From positions 256,001-320,000 of the forward strand of contig CAVRUC010000010.1 in NCBI GenBank assembly GCA_963724295.1: a stretch of DNA of 64,000 bases, written 5' to 3'. The notes under the pieces are model-generated. The model did no database searches. It worked only from the letters and a program-made list of their open reading frames with translations, and was not told where the DNA came from. A program made the translations under genes and the position numbers. The DNA is from an uncultured Chloroflexia bacterium (GTDB taxonomy: Bacteria > Chloroflexota > Chloroflexia > Thermomicrobiales > UBA6265). This document shows, one piece after another, positions 46,773-58,412 of this stretch (position 1 is its first letter; each line of letters starts with the position of its first letter).

Positions 46773-47525
46773 TTGGCGACCGCGATTGACTTGCAGGTGG
46801 AGACCGCGCACGGCGCGGGTCACGATATCCACGACGGGCACGGGCATTCCGACCACCCGCCCACCAGCACCGGCCTCAACAGCCGCAAGATGCTGATGTG
46901 GCTCTTCCTCACCTCCGACTGCATGTTCTTCGGGACCTTGATCGCCACCTACATGACCTACCGCGCTCGTAGCATCGAGCTCGGAATGCCGCCGTACCCG
47001 AATGAGATCTTCGACATCCCCTACACCTCGGTCAGCGCCTTCGTGCTCCTCATGTCCTCACTGACGATGGTGCTGGCACTCTCCGCGATTCAGCGCGGCA
47101 ACCACCGCGGGCTGCGTATCTGGATCTCGGCAACCGCGCTCCTCGGGGCGATCTTCGTCGGCGGTCAGTTCTTTGAGTTCACCGAGTTCACCCACGAAGG
47201 CCTGGGTCTCTCCAGCAACATCTTTGGCTCGTCCTTCTTCGTCCTGACCGGCTTCCACGGTGCGCACGTGACGATCGGGGTCGCCTGGCTCCTGTCGATC
47301 CTCGTCCTCTCCCTGCGCGGCGGGTTGCCCCCGGAGCAATCTCTCGATGTCGAGATCGCCGGGCTCTACTGGCACTTCGTCGACATCGTCTGGATCGTCA
47401 TCTTCACCCTCGTCTACCTGGTCCCGTACGCGGACGGACCAGAAGGGGCGGCCGAGGCGGCGCCACATGCATTCGTGCGGCTCATGACGATCGGCGAACG
47501 GTTCCTGGCGGCGCTGCCGTTCTAG
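46773..47525 (+). CDS. ctaE: Cytochrome c oxidase subunit III
   Basis: TTG start with SD AAGGAG; WLFLTSD, LTGFHGAHV, YWHFVDIVW. Confidence 0.95.
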   Translation: MATAIDLQVETAHGAGHDIHDGHGHSDHPPTSTGLNSRKMLMWLFLTSDCMFFGTLIATYMTYRARSIELGMPPYPNEIFDIPYTSVSAFVLLMSSLTMVLALSAIQRGNHRGLRIWISATALLGAIFVGGQFFEFTEFTHEGLGLSSNIFGSSFFVLTGFHGAHVTIGVAWLLSILVLSLRGGLPPEQSLDVEIAGLYWHFVDIVWIVIFTLVYLVPYADGPEGAAEAAPHAFVRLMTIGERFLAALPF

Positions 47526-47562
47526 CAGGCCACACCTGGAAGACCCAATGGGAGGACACCCA

Positions 47563-47916
47563 GTGGCTGATCACGCGGCTCATGGACACGAGGAACCGGC
47601 CAACGAAGGAGCGCACGCGCACCCCACCAACCAGGTGTATGTCCGTATCGCCATCATCCTGGCGATCATCACCCTCGTCGAGGTCGTCATCTATTACATC
47701 CCGACTCTCCGCCCGGCCCTCGTGCCGGCGTTGCTCGTTCTGTCTATCGCGAAGTTCCTGATGGTCGTCGGCTTCTTCATGCACCTCCGGTTCGACAGCC
47801 GGCTCTATCGGTTCATGTTTGCCGCCGGCCTGGTGGTCACCCTGGGGGTCTACTTCGCATTGCTGGCCATGCTCTGGACCAGGGGGTTCTGGTTCCCGCT
47901 CCCGACCACGCCGTGA
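47563..47916 (+). CDS. ctaF: Cytochrome c oxidase subunit IV
   Basis: LAIITLVE, KFLMVVGFFMHLRFD; SD GGAGG. Confidence 0.9.
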   Translation: MADHAAHGHEEPANEGAHAHPTNQVYVRIAIILAIITLVEVVIYYIPTLRPALVPALLVLSIAKFLMVVGFFMHLRFDSRLYRFMFAAGLVVTLGVYFALLAMLWTRGFWFPLPTTP

Positions 47917-48043
47917 GACGGTAAGTCGGTCAGTCGGAAAGTCGGCAAGTGGATATCGGCTATCAGCTAACGGCTATCGGCTATCGGCTATCGGCGCCTT
48001 CTCGTCCTGACCGACTGACCGACTTCCCGACTGACCGACTTCC
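47917..48043. repeat. Inverted 8-mer arrays (AGTCGGnn / GACCGACT) enclosing a GGCTATC 7-mer array
   Basis: taagtcggtcagtcggaaagtcggcaag | atcggctatcagctaacggctatcggctatcggctatcggc | ctgaccgactgaccgacttcccgactgaccgactt. Confidence 0.85.
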
Positions 48044-48908
48044 GTTGCTTCACGCCGGCGGCGTCGATCCGACCGGGTGGCTCTGGAGCGACTGGAACGT
48101 CGAGCCCACGATCGCCATCGGGTTGTTGGCGCTCGTTACGGGGTATCTGTTCGTTACCAGGACTTCGTCGTTTTCTCGCCAGAAAGCCTCTTTCATCGCC
48201 GGCGCGGTAGTGCTCTTCGTCGCCTTGGGACCGCCGCTGGATGACTGGTCGGATCACTATCTCCTGCTGGCGCACATGGTGCAGCACCTGCTGCTGATCA
48301 TGTTGGCCGCGCCCTTGCTCCTCTACGGCACGCCCGCCTGGGTGCTGGCGCCGCTGACGCGCAACCGGATCACCAACACCATAGGCTACTGGCTGACGCG
48401 GCCGGTCATCGCCTACACGGTGGCAAACGCCATCTTCGTCCTCTGGCACGTGCCGATGTTCTACGAGATGGCCTTACGCTCGCAGCCCGTCCACGTCTTC
48501 GAGCATGCGACGATGTTGGGGACCGCATTGCTGGCCTGGTGGCCGACGCTAGGCCCACTGCCGCAGTGGCCCCGGCTGGCTCTGCCACTGCACAGCCTCT
48601 ACTACTTCGCCATGACCCTGCCGGGCACCGCGGTCGGAGCGTTCATCACCTTCGCCGACCCGGGACTGTACGCGCCCTATGACACCGCGCAACGCATCTT
48701 CGGTATCGACCTGGCAACCGACCAGCAAGCGGCGGGACTCCTGATGTGGGTGGCCCTGGGAACCATCTATCTGCTGCTGATCACCTTCAGTTTCTTCCGC
48801 TGGGTGTCACGTGAAGAAGCCGCCGATCGCGAAGCGGCCGCCCAGGCCGCGGCCACCGCCGCGACCGTGTCGGTCTCAGGTGACCAGGGTGCACGGGTCA
48901 CAAGCTAG
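47949..48908 (+). CDS. ctaG: caa3-type cytochrome c oxidase assembly factor CtaG
   Basis: HMVQHLLL..LAAPLL, WHVP.FY, H..EH, DQQAAGLLMW; start may be TTG 48045. Confidence 0.92.
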   Translation: MDIGYQLTAIGYRLSAPSRPDRLTDFPTDRLPLLHAGGVDPTGWLWSDWNVEPTIAIGLLALVTGYLFVTRTSSFSRQKASFIAGAVVLFVALGPPLDDWSDHYLLLAHMVQHLLLIMLAAPLLLYGTPAWVLAPLTRNRITNTIGYWLTRPVIAYTVANAIFVLWHVPMFYEMALRSQPVHVFEHATMLGTALLAWWPTLGPLPQWPRLALPLHSLYYFAMTLPGTAVGAFITFADPGLYAPYDTAQRIFGIDLATDQQAAGLLMWVALGTIYLLLITFSFFRWVSREEAADREAAAQAAATAATVSVSGDQGARVTS

Positions 48909-49007
48909 GCCGATCGGCCCGCGTATACTGCACAGGCAGCGACGGGAATTCTCAGCATCGCCCGCTTTACGGCGGACGCTCTCCGTTCACCGGAACGCGA
49001 GGCGACC

Positions 49008-49337
49008 ATGATCTCTCTTCCCACCAACCGCGATGACAGCGAAGGCGAAGAGCAGGAGGGCGCAGCCGCGGTCTGGGCCTTCCTGCTGGTCCTCTTCTTC
49101 TTCAAGCTGGCCACCGTGATCCTCATCTTCTGGCAGCTGCGTAGCTGGGAAAGTGGGGTCATCCTGGGAGCGACGTTCTGGTACTGGATTCCACCGTTAC
49201 TCCTGCTTGGCGCGGGACCGGTGGTGTTCTACTACCGGTTGCGGAAGGTACGTGGCCGCCGCGAGGCGTTGCAGCGGTCGGAATGGATGGTTGGGGACGA
49301 CCAGGACGTGGAAGTCTGGTCGGCTCGCCAGCGGTGA
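49008..49337 (+). CDS. Small two-TM hypothetical protein
   Basis: SD GAGG; two hydrophobic segments; basic tail RLRKVRGRREALQRSEW. Confidence 0.75.
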   Translation: MISLPTNRDDSEGEEQEGAAAVWAFLLVLFFFKLATVILIFWQLRSWESGVILGATFWYWIPPLLLLGAGPVVFYYRLRKVRGRREALQRSEWMVGDDQDVEVWSARQR

Positions 49338-49442
49338 CGCCGGGAGCTCACCCCTAACGCGCAGCGCCTATAATGCCCATCGTCGGGCTCGAGCCGACGC
49401 GCCCGGTAAGCTGGCGTGAGACGCACCTGGGGGTACGGCTGG

Positions 49443-50105
49443 ATGGGTGGGTTTGCGCGGGCGTTCCTGCGACCCGCAATCGTATTCATTCTGGTCGCGG
49501 CAGTTGTCGCGTTCCTCATCGTCGGCATTGGCCAGCTGCTCCTGAGGCTCCACCCCGAGATGGGAGAGCACGAGGTTTCGGGGCTCGCCGCTACCGTCCA
49601 GGAGTTCGTGCGGCCAGACCTCCTTACGGCCCTTGGACTCTCCCTGGTCGTGCTCTTCGGCGGCGCGCTCCTGGCGCGGCCGCGAGGCGAGCCGCGGCCA
49701 CTCGATGAACCGGTGGCCATCGGGGAGCGTCCCTTCTTCGCCCCGGTCACGCCACCGCCGACAGATGAGGAGATGACCAGGCGCGGACCGCTCGGAACCT
49801 GGGCCGACATCGAACCAGGCTTCACGCTCTATGCGCGGAACGGAGCGCTGGCCAAGGTCGTCGCCCTCCTCCCCGGCGAGGACGAATACGGCAAGTCGCG
49901 GCGCGGCCTTGTTTACGCCAGCGGGTTGTACGGCGCGAACGACGAGATGTGGATCCCGTTGGAGGCCGTCTATGCCGTCTACCCGGAGACCGGCTCCGCG
50001 TTCCTGGCGGCCAAGGGGGACGAGATCGAGCACTTCGGCTGGAACCTCCCGCCGGAGAGCTTCCGCCGCGGCCAAAGCATGCACTCGCCGTTGCCATCGT
50101 TCTGA
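49443..50105 (+). CDS. Two-TM protein with C-terminal PRC-barrel-like domain
   Basis: Two TM segments, Pro-rich linker, DIEPGFTLYARNG..AKV...GLYG..DEMWIPLEAVYAV...AFLAAKGDEI..GW..PP. Confidence 0.7.
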   Translation: MGGFARAFLRPAIVFILVAAVVAFLIVGIGQLLLRLHPEMGEHEVSGLAATVQEFVRPDLLTALGLSLVVLFGGALLARPRGEPRPLDEPVAIGERPFFAPVTPPPTDEEMTRRGPLGTWADIEPGFTLYARNGALAKVVALLPGEDEYGKSRRGLVYASGLYGANDEMWIPLEAVYAVYPETGSAFLAAKGDEIEHFGWNLPPESFRRGQSMHSPLPSF

Positions 50106-50225
50106 CGAGGGTGGCGGGGTCGCAGGGTGGCAGGGTGACAGGGAGGACGTTCTACCCCGCCACCCTGCCACCACGAGCGCAGCGAGTCATCACCCTGACA
50201 CCGTGAGCGCAGCGAACCCTCACCC
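50105..50225. repeat. Inverted 8-mer array element with two GAGCGCAGCGA inserts
   Basis: agggtggcggggtcgcagggtggcagggtgacaggg..ccccgccaccctgccaccacGAGCGCAGCGAgtcatcaccctgacaccgtGAGCGCAGCGAaccctcaccc. Confidence 0.8.
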
Positions 50226-51287
50226 TTCGTTTGCCAGGATCGCTTGCTTCCGCTCCGCGCCCCAGCGGTAGCCGCCCGCACTGCCATCACCGCGCACCAC
50301 GCGGTGGCAGGGAATGACGAGCGCGGCCGGGTTGGTGGCGCAGGCCCTGGCGACGGCACGCGCACCCTTTGCATTCCCAAGCGTTGCCGCTATCTGGCCG
50401 TAGGTGCGGCGCTCTCCAGTCGGAATGGTCCGTAGCGCCTGCCAGACCTCGTGTTGAAACGGTGTCCCCACCACATCGAGCGGCAGCGCGCTGAGGGACG
50501 TCCGATCCTGCAGGTGCGCGAGGACGGAGCCCACGTACGGCCGTAGAGCTTCGTCGTCGCGCCGGATCGTGGCCCGGGGATACTCGGCGGTCAGTGACCG
50601 CTCGAGCTCGGCAGCGTCCTCGCCAATGCTGACCGCGCAGATTCCGCGCTCGGTTGCCGCGACGAGGATCTGCCCGATAGGTGAATCGGTCGTCGCATAG
50701 TTCATCGTCATGCCTTCGCCACCTCGCTTGTAGGATGTCGGTGTCATGCCCAGCGCTGATCGCGCCTGGGCGTAGAAGCGACTGCTCGATCCGTAACCTG
50801 AGGCGTAGAGCGCGCTTGTCACATCGGCGCCATCACGGAGTCGGGACTTGGCCAATTCCAACCGCCGCGCGGCTGCATACATGCGCGGTGAAACTCCGGT
50901 GACCCGTGTAAACGTGCGCTGCAGGTGTCCCGGGCTGACTCCGAGCGCCGCGGCAAGCCGTGGCAGTGTCACTCGCTCCTCGACGCGAGCGTCGATCCAG
51001 GTGGTGGCCCGCGCCACGAGCTCTTCCTGTGATGACGCGATGGCTTTCGGCCGGCAGCGGCGGCAGGCACGGAACCCGGCTCGCTCGGCGGTAGCGGGAT
51101 CGGCGAAGAAACTGACGTTCTCGCGTCGTGGCCGGCGCGCCGGGCAGGACGGGCGGCAATAAATTCCGGTCGTGCTGACGGCGAAAACAAACTCCCCATC
51201 GTGACCGCGGTTGCGATTCAACACCGCCTGCCACCGATCATCGCCAAGCGTCGTCGCTGTCTCTTGATTACTGGCAATCGTGAGCAT
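50220..51287 (-). CDS. ada: Bifunctional Ada regulator / O6-methylguanine-DNA methyltransferase
   Basis: CRPSC...FRACRRC Zn site, AraC HTH, IPCHRV; SD GGAGG. Confidence 0.95.
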   Translation of the reverse strand: MLTIASNQETATTLGDDRWQAVLNRNRGHDGEFVFAVSTTGIYCRPSCPARRPRRENVSFFADPATAERAGFRACRRCRPKAIASSQEELVARATTWIDARVEERVTLPRLAAALGVSPGHLQRTFTRVTGVSPRMYAAARRLELAKSRLRDGADVTSALYASGYGSSSRFYAQARSALGMTPTSYKRGGEGMTMNYATTDSPIGQILVAATERGICAVSIGEDAAELERSLTAEYPRATIRRDDEALRPYVGSVLAHLQDRTSLSALPLDVVGTPFQHEVWQALRTIPTGERRTYGQIAATLGNAKGARAVARACATNPAALVIPCHRVVRGDGSAGGYRWGAERKQAILANEG

Positions 51288-51505
51288 CGTCTGTACCTCC
51301 TGCGCTAAAGGTAAGCGGGAGGCACCCTGCATACATGCCGAATCGTGCGCTCAAATTCGGATCAGGCCGAGACGGCTAGACGGCGAAGACCGTCATCCCA
51401 GGATCTCGTCGTGAAGTCTCACGTGAAGAATCTCCGCGCTCTTGGCTGTCGGACTCTCGCCATCTCACGACTTACGGCTCTGGGCACACGACTCGCCTGG
51501 CCGTC

Positions 51506-52894
<1,389 letters not shown>

Positions 52895-52955
52895 GCCCGT
52901 ACTCCGCTTCCATCCACGCCCGATGACGCTCCGGGTGCCCGCCGGCGTCCTCGCG

Positions 52956-55910
52956 CTACCCAGTCTTGGTGCGGGTCGCCTTCGTCCGGGCGCCGTTGCG
53001 GGCCGCTCCGTTCGCCTTTTCACTCCGGCGGCCATTCGCTGCCACCGTAACCGATGGAGCATCCACCAGCGCGGCCTGGATGATGCGAGCTTGCTCGACT
53101 CCGTGCCGGTCGAGCGATCCCTCGGCGGGAGAGGCACGCTCAGGCCGTCCGGCGTAGCGCAGCGGCAGCTGGCGCTCGATGCGATCTCCTTGCCCCTGCC
53201 CTTGCCCTTGCAGAAGCTCGCGCAGGCGCGGTTCGACGTAGGTCCAGGCACCCATGTTACGCGGCTCTTCCTGTGCCCAGACGATCTCCGCGAGATTCGG
53301 GTAACGCGCCAGGACGCGGGTAATCTCTTCGTCCGGGAAGGGGGCCAATCGCTCGACGCGGGCGATCGCCACGTCAGCGGCTTCTTCCCGCTGCGGAGAG
53401 CTGTCCAGCTCGACGGCGAGCTTGCCGGAGCACAGAACGAGACGCGTCACCGCCTCCGGCGCTTCGGCACGCCGTGGATCGTCCAGCACGGCCTGGAACT
53501 CGCCCTCGGCCAGCTCGTCGAGGGTCGACGCCGCCAGCGGGTTGCGCAGCAGGCTCTTGGGCGTCATCACCACCAGTGGCCGCCGATCGGAGGCGAGGGA
53601 CTTCGCCTGCCGCCGCAGCAGGTGGAAATATTGCGCCGCGGTCGTTGGGTTGGCGACGAGCAGATTGCCCTCGGCAAAGAGCTGCAGGAAACGCTCCAGC
53701 CGCGCCGACGAATGTTCGGGCCCCTGTCCTTCATAGCCGTGCGGCAAGAGCAGAACGAGCGCCGGCTCTTGCTGCCACTTGGCGCGCGCCGCCGCCAGGA
53801 ACTGGTCGATGATCACCTGCGCGCCGTTGGCAAAATCGCCAAACTGGGCTTCCCAGAGGACCAGCGCCTCCGGTGCGTGGACGGTGTAGCCATATTCGAA
53901 GCCAACCGCCGCGTTCTCGGACAGCGGGCTGTTGTAGACAGCAAACGACGCCTTCGCTTGCGGTAGTGTTTGCAAGGGAACCCATCGTTCCCCAGTGGAG
54001 GCGTCATGGAGCACCAGGTGGCGCTGGGAGAAGGTGCCCCGCTCCGTGTCCTGCCCGGTGAGCCGGATAGGTGTGCCGTCGGCGAGGATCGAGGCCAGCG
54101 CGAGGGTCTCGGCATGTGCCCAGTCGATCTTCCCCTGGCCATCGGGCTGACCGAGCACAGCCGCTCGCCGCTCCCATTGCCGCAGCAGCTTCGGGCTCAG
54201 CTGCGTCCCCTCTGGCAGCGTGTGGATCGCGACGTCGAAGGCTCGCAAATTGTCCGCCGGAACTCCGGTCCCGGCGGTCGTGGCAAGGTCGTGTTTTCCG
54301 TTCTCGTCGAAGGGAGCGGTGGCACTGCCGGAATCGACGACCTGCTTACGCGTGGCGGCCAGACCCTCGAGTGTCGTTTGCAGCATCCCGGCCGCTTCGT
54401 CGGCGGTGATGGCGCCCTCCGCGGCCAATTGCTCGGCGAAGCGCTGGCGGACGGTTGGATGCTGCGTGACGGTGGCGTACATCCGCGGTTGGGTGAAGGT
54501 CGGCTCGTCTCCCTCGTTGTGGCCCCAGCGGCGGTAGCCGACAAGATCGATCAGGAAGTCCTTGCCAAACTGCTGCCGGTAGGCGACGGCCAGCCGCGCC
54601 ACGGAGAGGCAGGAGAGTGGGTCGTCGGCGTTGACGTGCACCACCGGAATCTCGAATCCCTTGGCAAGATCGCCCGCGTAGAGAGTGCTGCGGGAATCGC
54701 GGGTGTCGGTTGTAAACCCGACCTGATTGTTGACGATGATGTGGATGGTGCCGCCAGTGGAATAGCCGGGAAGTCCGGAGAAGTTGAGCGTCTCGGCGAC
54801 GATGCCCTGTCCGGGGAACGCAGCGTCGCCATGAAGGAGGATCGCCATCGCCCGATCGCGATCCTGGGGCGGCGGCCCAGGTTGGCTGCAGTCGTCCTGG
54901 GAGGCGCGGGCCATCCCCTCCACGACCGGGTTGACGAACTCGAGATGACTCGGGTTCGGGGCAAGCGCCAGCGCCACCTCGATGGTCTCTCCGTCCGCGG
55001 CCCTGGCCCGCCGCGCCCCGAGGTGGTACTTCACGTCCCCGGTGACACCGTTGTCGCTGGAGGAGTCGGATGGCGAAGCGCTGCGCGCCATGCTTCCCTC
55101 GAAGGCGGCGATGATCGCGGCGTACGGCTTGCCGAGGATGTGCGTCAGGACATTGAGGCGACCGCGGTGGGCCATTCCCAGCACAACCTCGCGCACGCCG
55201 ATGGTGGCGGCATCACGAATGATCGTATCGAGCATCGGCACCAGCGTATCGGTGCCTTCGATCGAGAAGCGCTTCTGACCGAGATAGGTCTGGTGCAAGA
55301 ACCGCTCGAAGCCCTCGACCTCGGTCAGGCGCTCGAGTAGCTTCTTCTTGGCCTCAGGAGAGAGGTTCGCGGTGTAATGGCCGCTCTCGGCCGCCTCGCG
55401 CAGCCAGGCACGCTCCTCGGCAATCTGGACCTGATCGAAGTCATAACCGATCCCGCCACTGTAGATGCGGCGCAGATCGTCGATAGCCTCCTTGGCATTG
55501 GTGGCGTCGGGATTCGCCGGCCAGGGTACCGATTCGACCGGTAGGGTAGCGAGCTGAGCGTCAGTGAGACCGTAGAAGGTGGGATGGAGCTCCGGGGCGC
55601 CGTGCGGCGGCGTGCCGAGGGGGTCGAGCTGCACATCGAGGTGCCCGTAATCGCGAATCGCCTGCGCCAGCGCGGCCGCGCCGACGACAGCCGAAACATC
55701 GTAGATCGGTCCCGTTGGCGCCGACGTTGCGACCGGGGGAGCGCCGGACCGCGGCCGGGCCGCGGCGAGCGCTTCGACCTCGGTCGGATCGACACGCTCA
55801 AACGTCGCTCGTGTATCAGGATCGACGCTATTGGGATCTTGCAGATAGCGATCGTAGAGGTCGAGGACATAGCCGGCGTTCGGGCCGTGGAACGCGCTTA
55901 GGTCACTCAT
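52956..55910 (-). CDS. sucA: 2-oxoglutarate dehydrogenase E1
   Basis: [49 protein letters not shown]. Confidence 0.97.
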   Translation of the reverse strand: MSDLSAFHGPNAGYVLDLYDRYLQDPNSVDPDTRATFERVDPTEVEALAAARPRSGAPPVATSAPTGPIYDVSAVVGAAALAQAIRDYGHLDVQLDPLGTPPHGAPELHPTFYGLTDAQLATLPVESVPWPANPDATNAKEAIDDLRRIYSGGIGYDFDQVQIAEERAWLREAAESGHYTANLSPEAKKKLLERLTEVEGFERFLHQTYLGQKRFSIEGTDTLVPMLDTIIRDAATIGVREVVLGMAHRGRLNVLTHILGKPYAAIIAAFEGSMARSASPSDSSSDNGVTGDVKYHLGARRARAADGETIEVALALAPNPSHLEFVNPVVEGMARASQDDCSQPGPPPQDRDRAMAILLHGDAAFPGQGIVAETLNFSGLPGYSTGGTIHIIVNNQVGFTTDTRDSRSTLYAGDLAKGFEIPVVHVNADDPLSCLSVARLAVAYRQQFGKDFLIDLVGYRRWGHNEGDEPTFTQPRMYATVTQHPTVRQRFAEQLAAEGAITADEAAGMLQTTLEGLAATRKQVVDSGSATAPFDENGKHDLATTAGTGVPADNLRAFDVAIHTLPEGTQLSPKLLRQWERRAAVLGQPDGQGKIDWAHAETLALASILADGTPIRLTGQDTERGTFSQRHLVLHDASTGERWVPLQTLPQAKASFAVYNSPLSENAAVGFEYGYTVHAPEALVLWEAQFGDFANGAQVIIDQFLAAARAKWQQEPALVLLLPHGYEGQGPEHSSARLERFLQLFAEGNLLVANPTTAAQYFHLLRRQAKSLASDRRPLVVMTPKSLLRNPLAASTLDELAEGEFQAVLDDPRRAEAPEAVTRLVLCSGKLAVELDSSPQREEAADVAIARVERLAPFPDEEITRVLARYPNLAEIVWAQEEPRNMGAWTYVEPRLRELLQGQGQGQGDRIERQLPLRYAGRPERASPAEGSLDRHGVEQARIIQAALVDAPSVTVAANGRRSEKANGAARNGARTKATRTKTG

Positions 55911-56233
55911 GATCTATCCACTCAATTTGCCCAGATCGGACGCCCCGGGATGGCTCGAGACCGGCACCGCCTGGAGCCCGCCTCACCATGTCGTCTCGGT
56001 ATTATGGCATGCGCTGTCCATGACGATGACGCTTGCGAGATGCGTGCCACGCCATTGTTGGCCCGTTGCCAGCGACCGGCCTAGGTTTGCGACCAGTGTC
56101 ATCACACGCTTGCCGCATTGTCGAGAACGTTCGACACGTCCGCGGGACGATGGAGCCCGCGGACCGACATGCGCGACGACGGAGTATCATCGTCAGGAAC
56201 AATTCTCCGCACGAACAGACAGACGCTTGCACG

Positions 56234-58075
56234 ATGTCTACCGCCCTTCCCCAGGCCGTTCAATCTCGGCTCGATAGTCCTGACCGGCTCGCGGCTGTCG
56301 CACGGCTCGGTCTTGTCGGAACGCCGCGTGAGGAGGCCTTCGATCGCCTCACGCGGCTGGCGGCCCGGGTGCTCGGCGTGCGGGGAGCGCTGGTCACCGT
56401 CACGACCACCGAGGTCCAGTTCTGCAAGAGCAGCGTGGGACTCCCTGAACCGTGGACCACGTCCGGGCTGCCTCTAACCTATGGTTTGTGTCCCTACATG
56501 GTCGCCAGCGGTGAACCGCTCCTCGTCGCCGACGCCCGTGTTGATCCCCGGTTCCAGGATAACCCCGGAGTGCGCGAGCTCGGCGTAGCTGGTTATGCGG
56601 GAGTCCCGCTCCTGACAACGGATGGGCAGGCGATTGGCGCCTTCTGCGCCTTCGACGATCGGCCGCGCACCTGGACGACGGAAGATCTGCGGACACTCGA
56701 GGATCTGGCCGCGGCGGCCATGACCGAGGTGGAGCTGCGGGCCACGACCGCGGCGATGCGGGCCAGCGCGGCGACACTACGTGAAGAGGGCGCAACGCTC
56801 GAGATCATCAACCACGTCGGACGGCTGCTGACCGCCGAGCTCGATCTGGCGACGCTGGTGCAGGCGGTGACGGATGCCGCGACTGCCCTCACCGGCGCTC
56901 GTTTTGGTGCCTTTTTCTACAACGCGCTTGACGCGCGTGGCGAGTACTACACCCTCTACGCAATCGCCGGTGTTCCCCGTGAAGCGTTTGAACAATTTCC
57001 ATTGCCGCGGAATACCGCGCTTTTCGGACCGACTTTCCGCGGTGACGGCGCGGTCCGCATTGGCGACGTTCGCCAGGATGAACGGTTCGGCCAGAATCCA
57101 CCGTTCTTCGGTATGCCGGCGGACCACTTACAGGTTGTCAGCTACCTCGCCGTGCCCGTCATCGCGCGCGCCGGTAAAGTGCTGGGAGGGCTCTTCTTCG
57201 GTCATCCGGAGCCAGACGTTTTCGATGAGCGGGCAGAGCGCTTCGCGGCCGGCCTCGCCGCCCAGGCGGCCGTGGCGGTCGAGAACGCCCGCCTCTACCA
57301 ACAGGCGCAGGAGGAGCTGGCCGCTCGGGGACGGGCAGAGGCCGAAAAGGAGGCGTTCCTCGACGCGGTGGCGCACGACCTGGGGAACCCGCTGACAACG
57401 GTGAAGGGCCAGGCACAGCTGCTGCGCCGTCGAGCACGACAGGGCCGCGCCGATCTGGCGACCCTGGAGACGGGGCTTGGCGCCATCGAGGGCGCGACGG
57501 ATCGGGCCACCCGCCTGATCGCCGAGCTCACCGATGCCGCACGCCTCGAAGCGCAACGGCCCCTGGATCTGAGACGAACAGCAATCGATCTCGTGGCGCT
57601 GGCCGAGGCCAGCATCAGGGAGTCGCAGGCCGCCGCTGCCGGTCACCCGCTGCACCTGGAGACCGGCGTCGCTGAGGTGGTGGGACTGTGGGATGCCGAC
57701 CGGTTGACGCGCGTGCTGGAGAATCTGGTGGCCAATGCCGTGAAATACAGCCCGGCCGGGAGCACGGTTGTGGTGCAAATCGACCGCGAGGAAGCGCCCG
57801 ACGGTCCGGTCGCCGTGCTCTCCATCACGGATCAAGGTGTCGGCATCCCGGCCGACGACTTACCGCATATCTTCGAGCGCTTCCGCCGCGGTGGCAACGT
57901 AGCCGGTCGCGTTGCCGGCAGCGGGCTCGGGTTGTGGGGGAGCCAGCGCATTGTCGCGCAGCACGGTGGCACGATCGCTATCGACAGCACCGAAGGTCAA
58001 GGCACGACCGTCACCGTGCGGTTGCCACTCAAGGTCGGTGAGGCAACGCCCGATTCCCCCACCCGCGACGATTGA
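56234..58075 (+). CDS. Soluble GAF-GAF sensor histidine kinase
   Basis: EEAFDRLTRLAA GAF; second GAF FPLPRNT..FGPTF; AHDLGNPL; NAVKYS; DQGVGI; GSGLGL. Confidence 0.92.
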   Translation: MSTALPQAVQSRLDSPDRLAAVARLGLVGTPREEAFDRLTRLAARVLGVRGALVTVTTTEVQFCKSSVGLPEPWTTSGLPLTYGLCPYMVASGEPLLVADARVDPRFQDNPGVRELGVAGYAGVPLLTTDGQAIGAFCAFDDRPRTWTTEDLRTLEDLAAAAMTEVELRATTAAMRASAATLREEGATLEIINHVGRLLTAELDLATLVQAVTDAATALTGARFGAFFYNALDARGEYYTLYAIAGVPREAFEQFPLPRNTALFGPTFRGDGAVRIGDVRQDERFGQNPPFFGMPADHLQVVSYLAVPVIARAGKVLGGLFFGHPEPDVFDERAERFAAGLAAQAAVAVENARLYQQAQEELAARGRAEAEKEAFLDAVAHDLGNPLTTVKGQAQLLRRRARQGRADLATLETGLGAIEGATDRATRLIAELTDAARLEAQRPLDLRRTAIDLVALAEASIRESQAAAAGHPLHLETGVAEVVGLWDADRLTRVLENLVANAVKYSPAGSTVVVQIDREEAPDGPVAVLSITDQGVGIPADDLPHIFERFRRGGNVAGRVAGSGLGLWGSQRIVAQHGGTIAIDSTEGQGTTVTVRLPLKVGEATPDSPTRDD

Positions 58076-58180
58076 AGCTGCAACGGCCCACGATGCCGAC
58101 TGACGTGCCTGCTTCTGATCTAGAACGCAATTAGGTGGACAGGACCTGTTATCTTGGAAAAGTTAGGACGGGGCAATGAT

Positions 58181-58375
58181 ATGAAGATCATGAATGCTCG
58201 CACGGAATCGAAGATTCAGCAGACACATCCGCCCACGGCGACCCAGGATGAGCAGGGTAAGTCGCAGCTACCCCCAGCGCCAGTCCTCTCCCAAAAGACG
58301 CCGCAGGAGTTCTACGCCGAGATCACCAAGCGTCCGGATGTTCGGGAGGTCTTGGAGGAACTCGCTACCGGGTAA
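58181..58375 (+). CDS. Small putative antitoxin upstream of Doc-like gene
   Basis: 64 aa; disordered N-half, C-terminal helix DVREVLEELA; position next to a Fic/Doc gene. Confidence 0.55.
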   Translation: MKIMNARTESKIQQTHPPTATQDEQGKSQLPPAPVLSQKTPQEFYAEITKRPDVREVLEELATG

Positions 58376-58412
58376 CCGGGGTATCGCAAGGCATGGGCTC
58401 GGTCCAGACTGA

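Noticed and set aside
51368..51505. Very degenerate 7/8-mer traces between sucB and ada
   Set aside because: Probably an eroded member of the repeat family, but too weak to delimit.
53191..53211. QGQGQG microrepeat in sucA
   Set aside because: Short in-frame slippage in a loop; no functional evidence.
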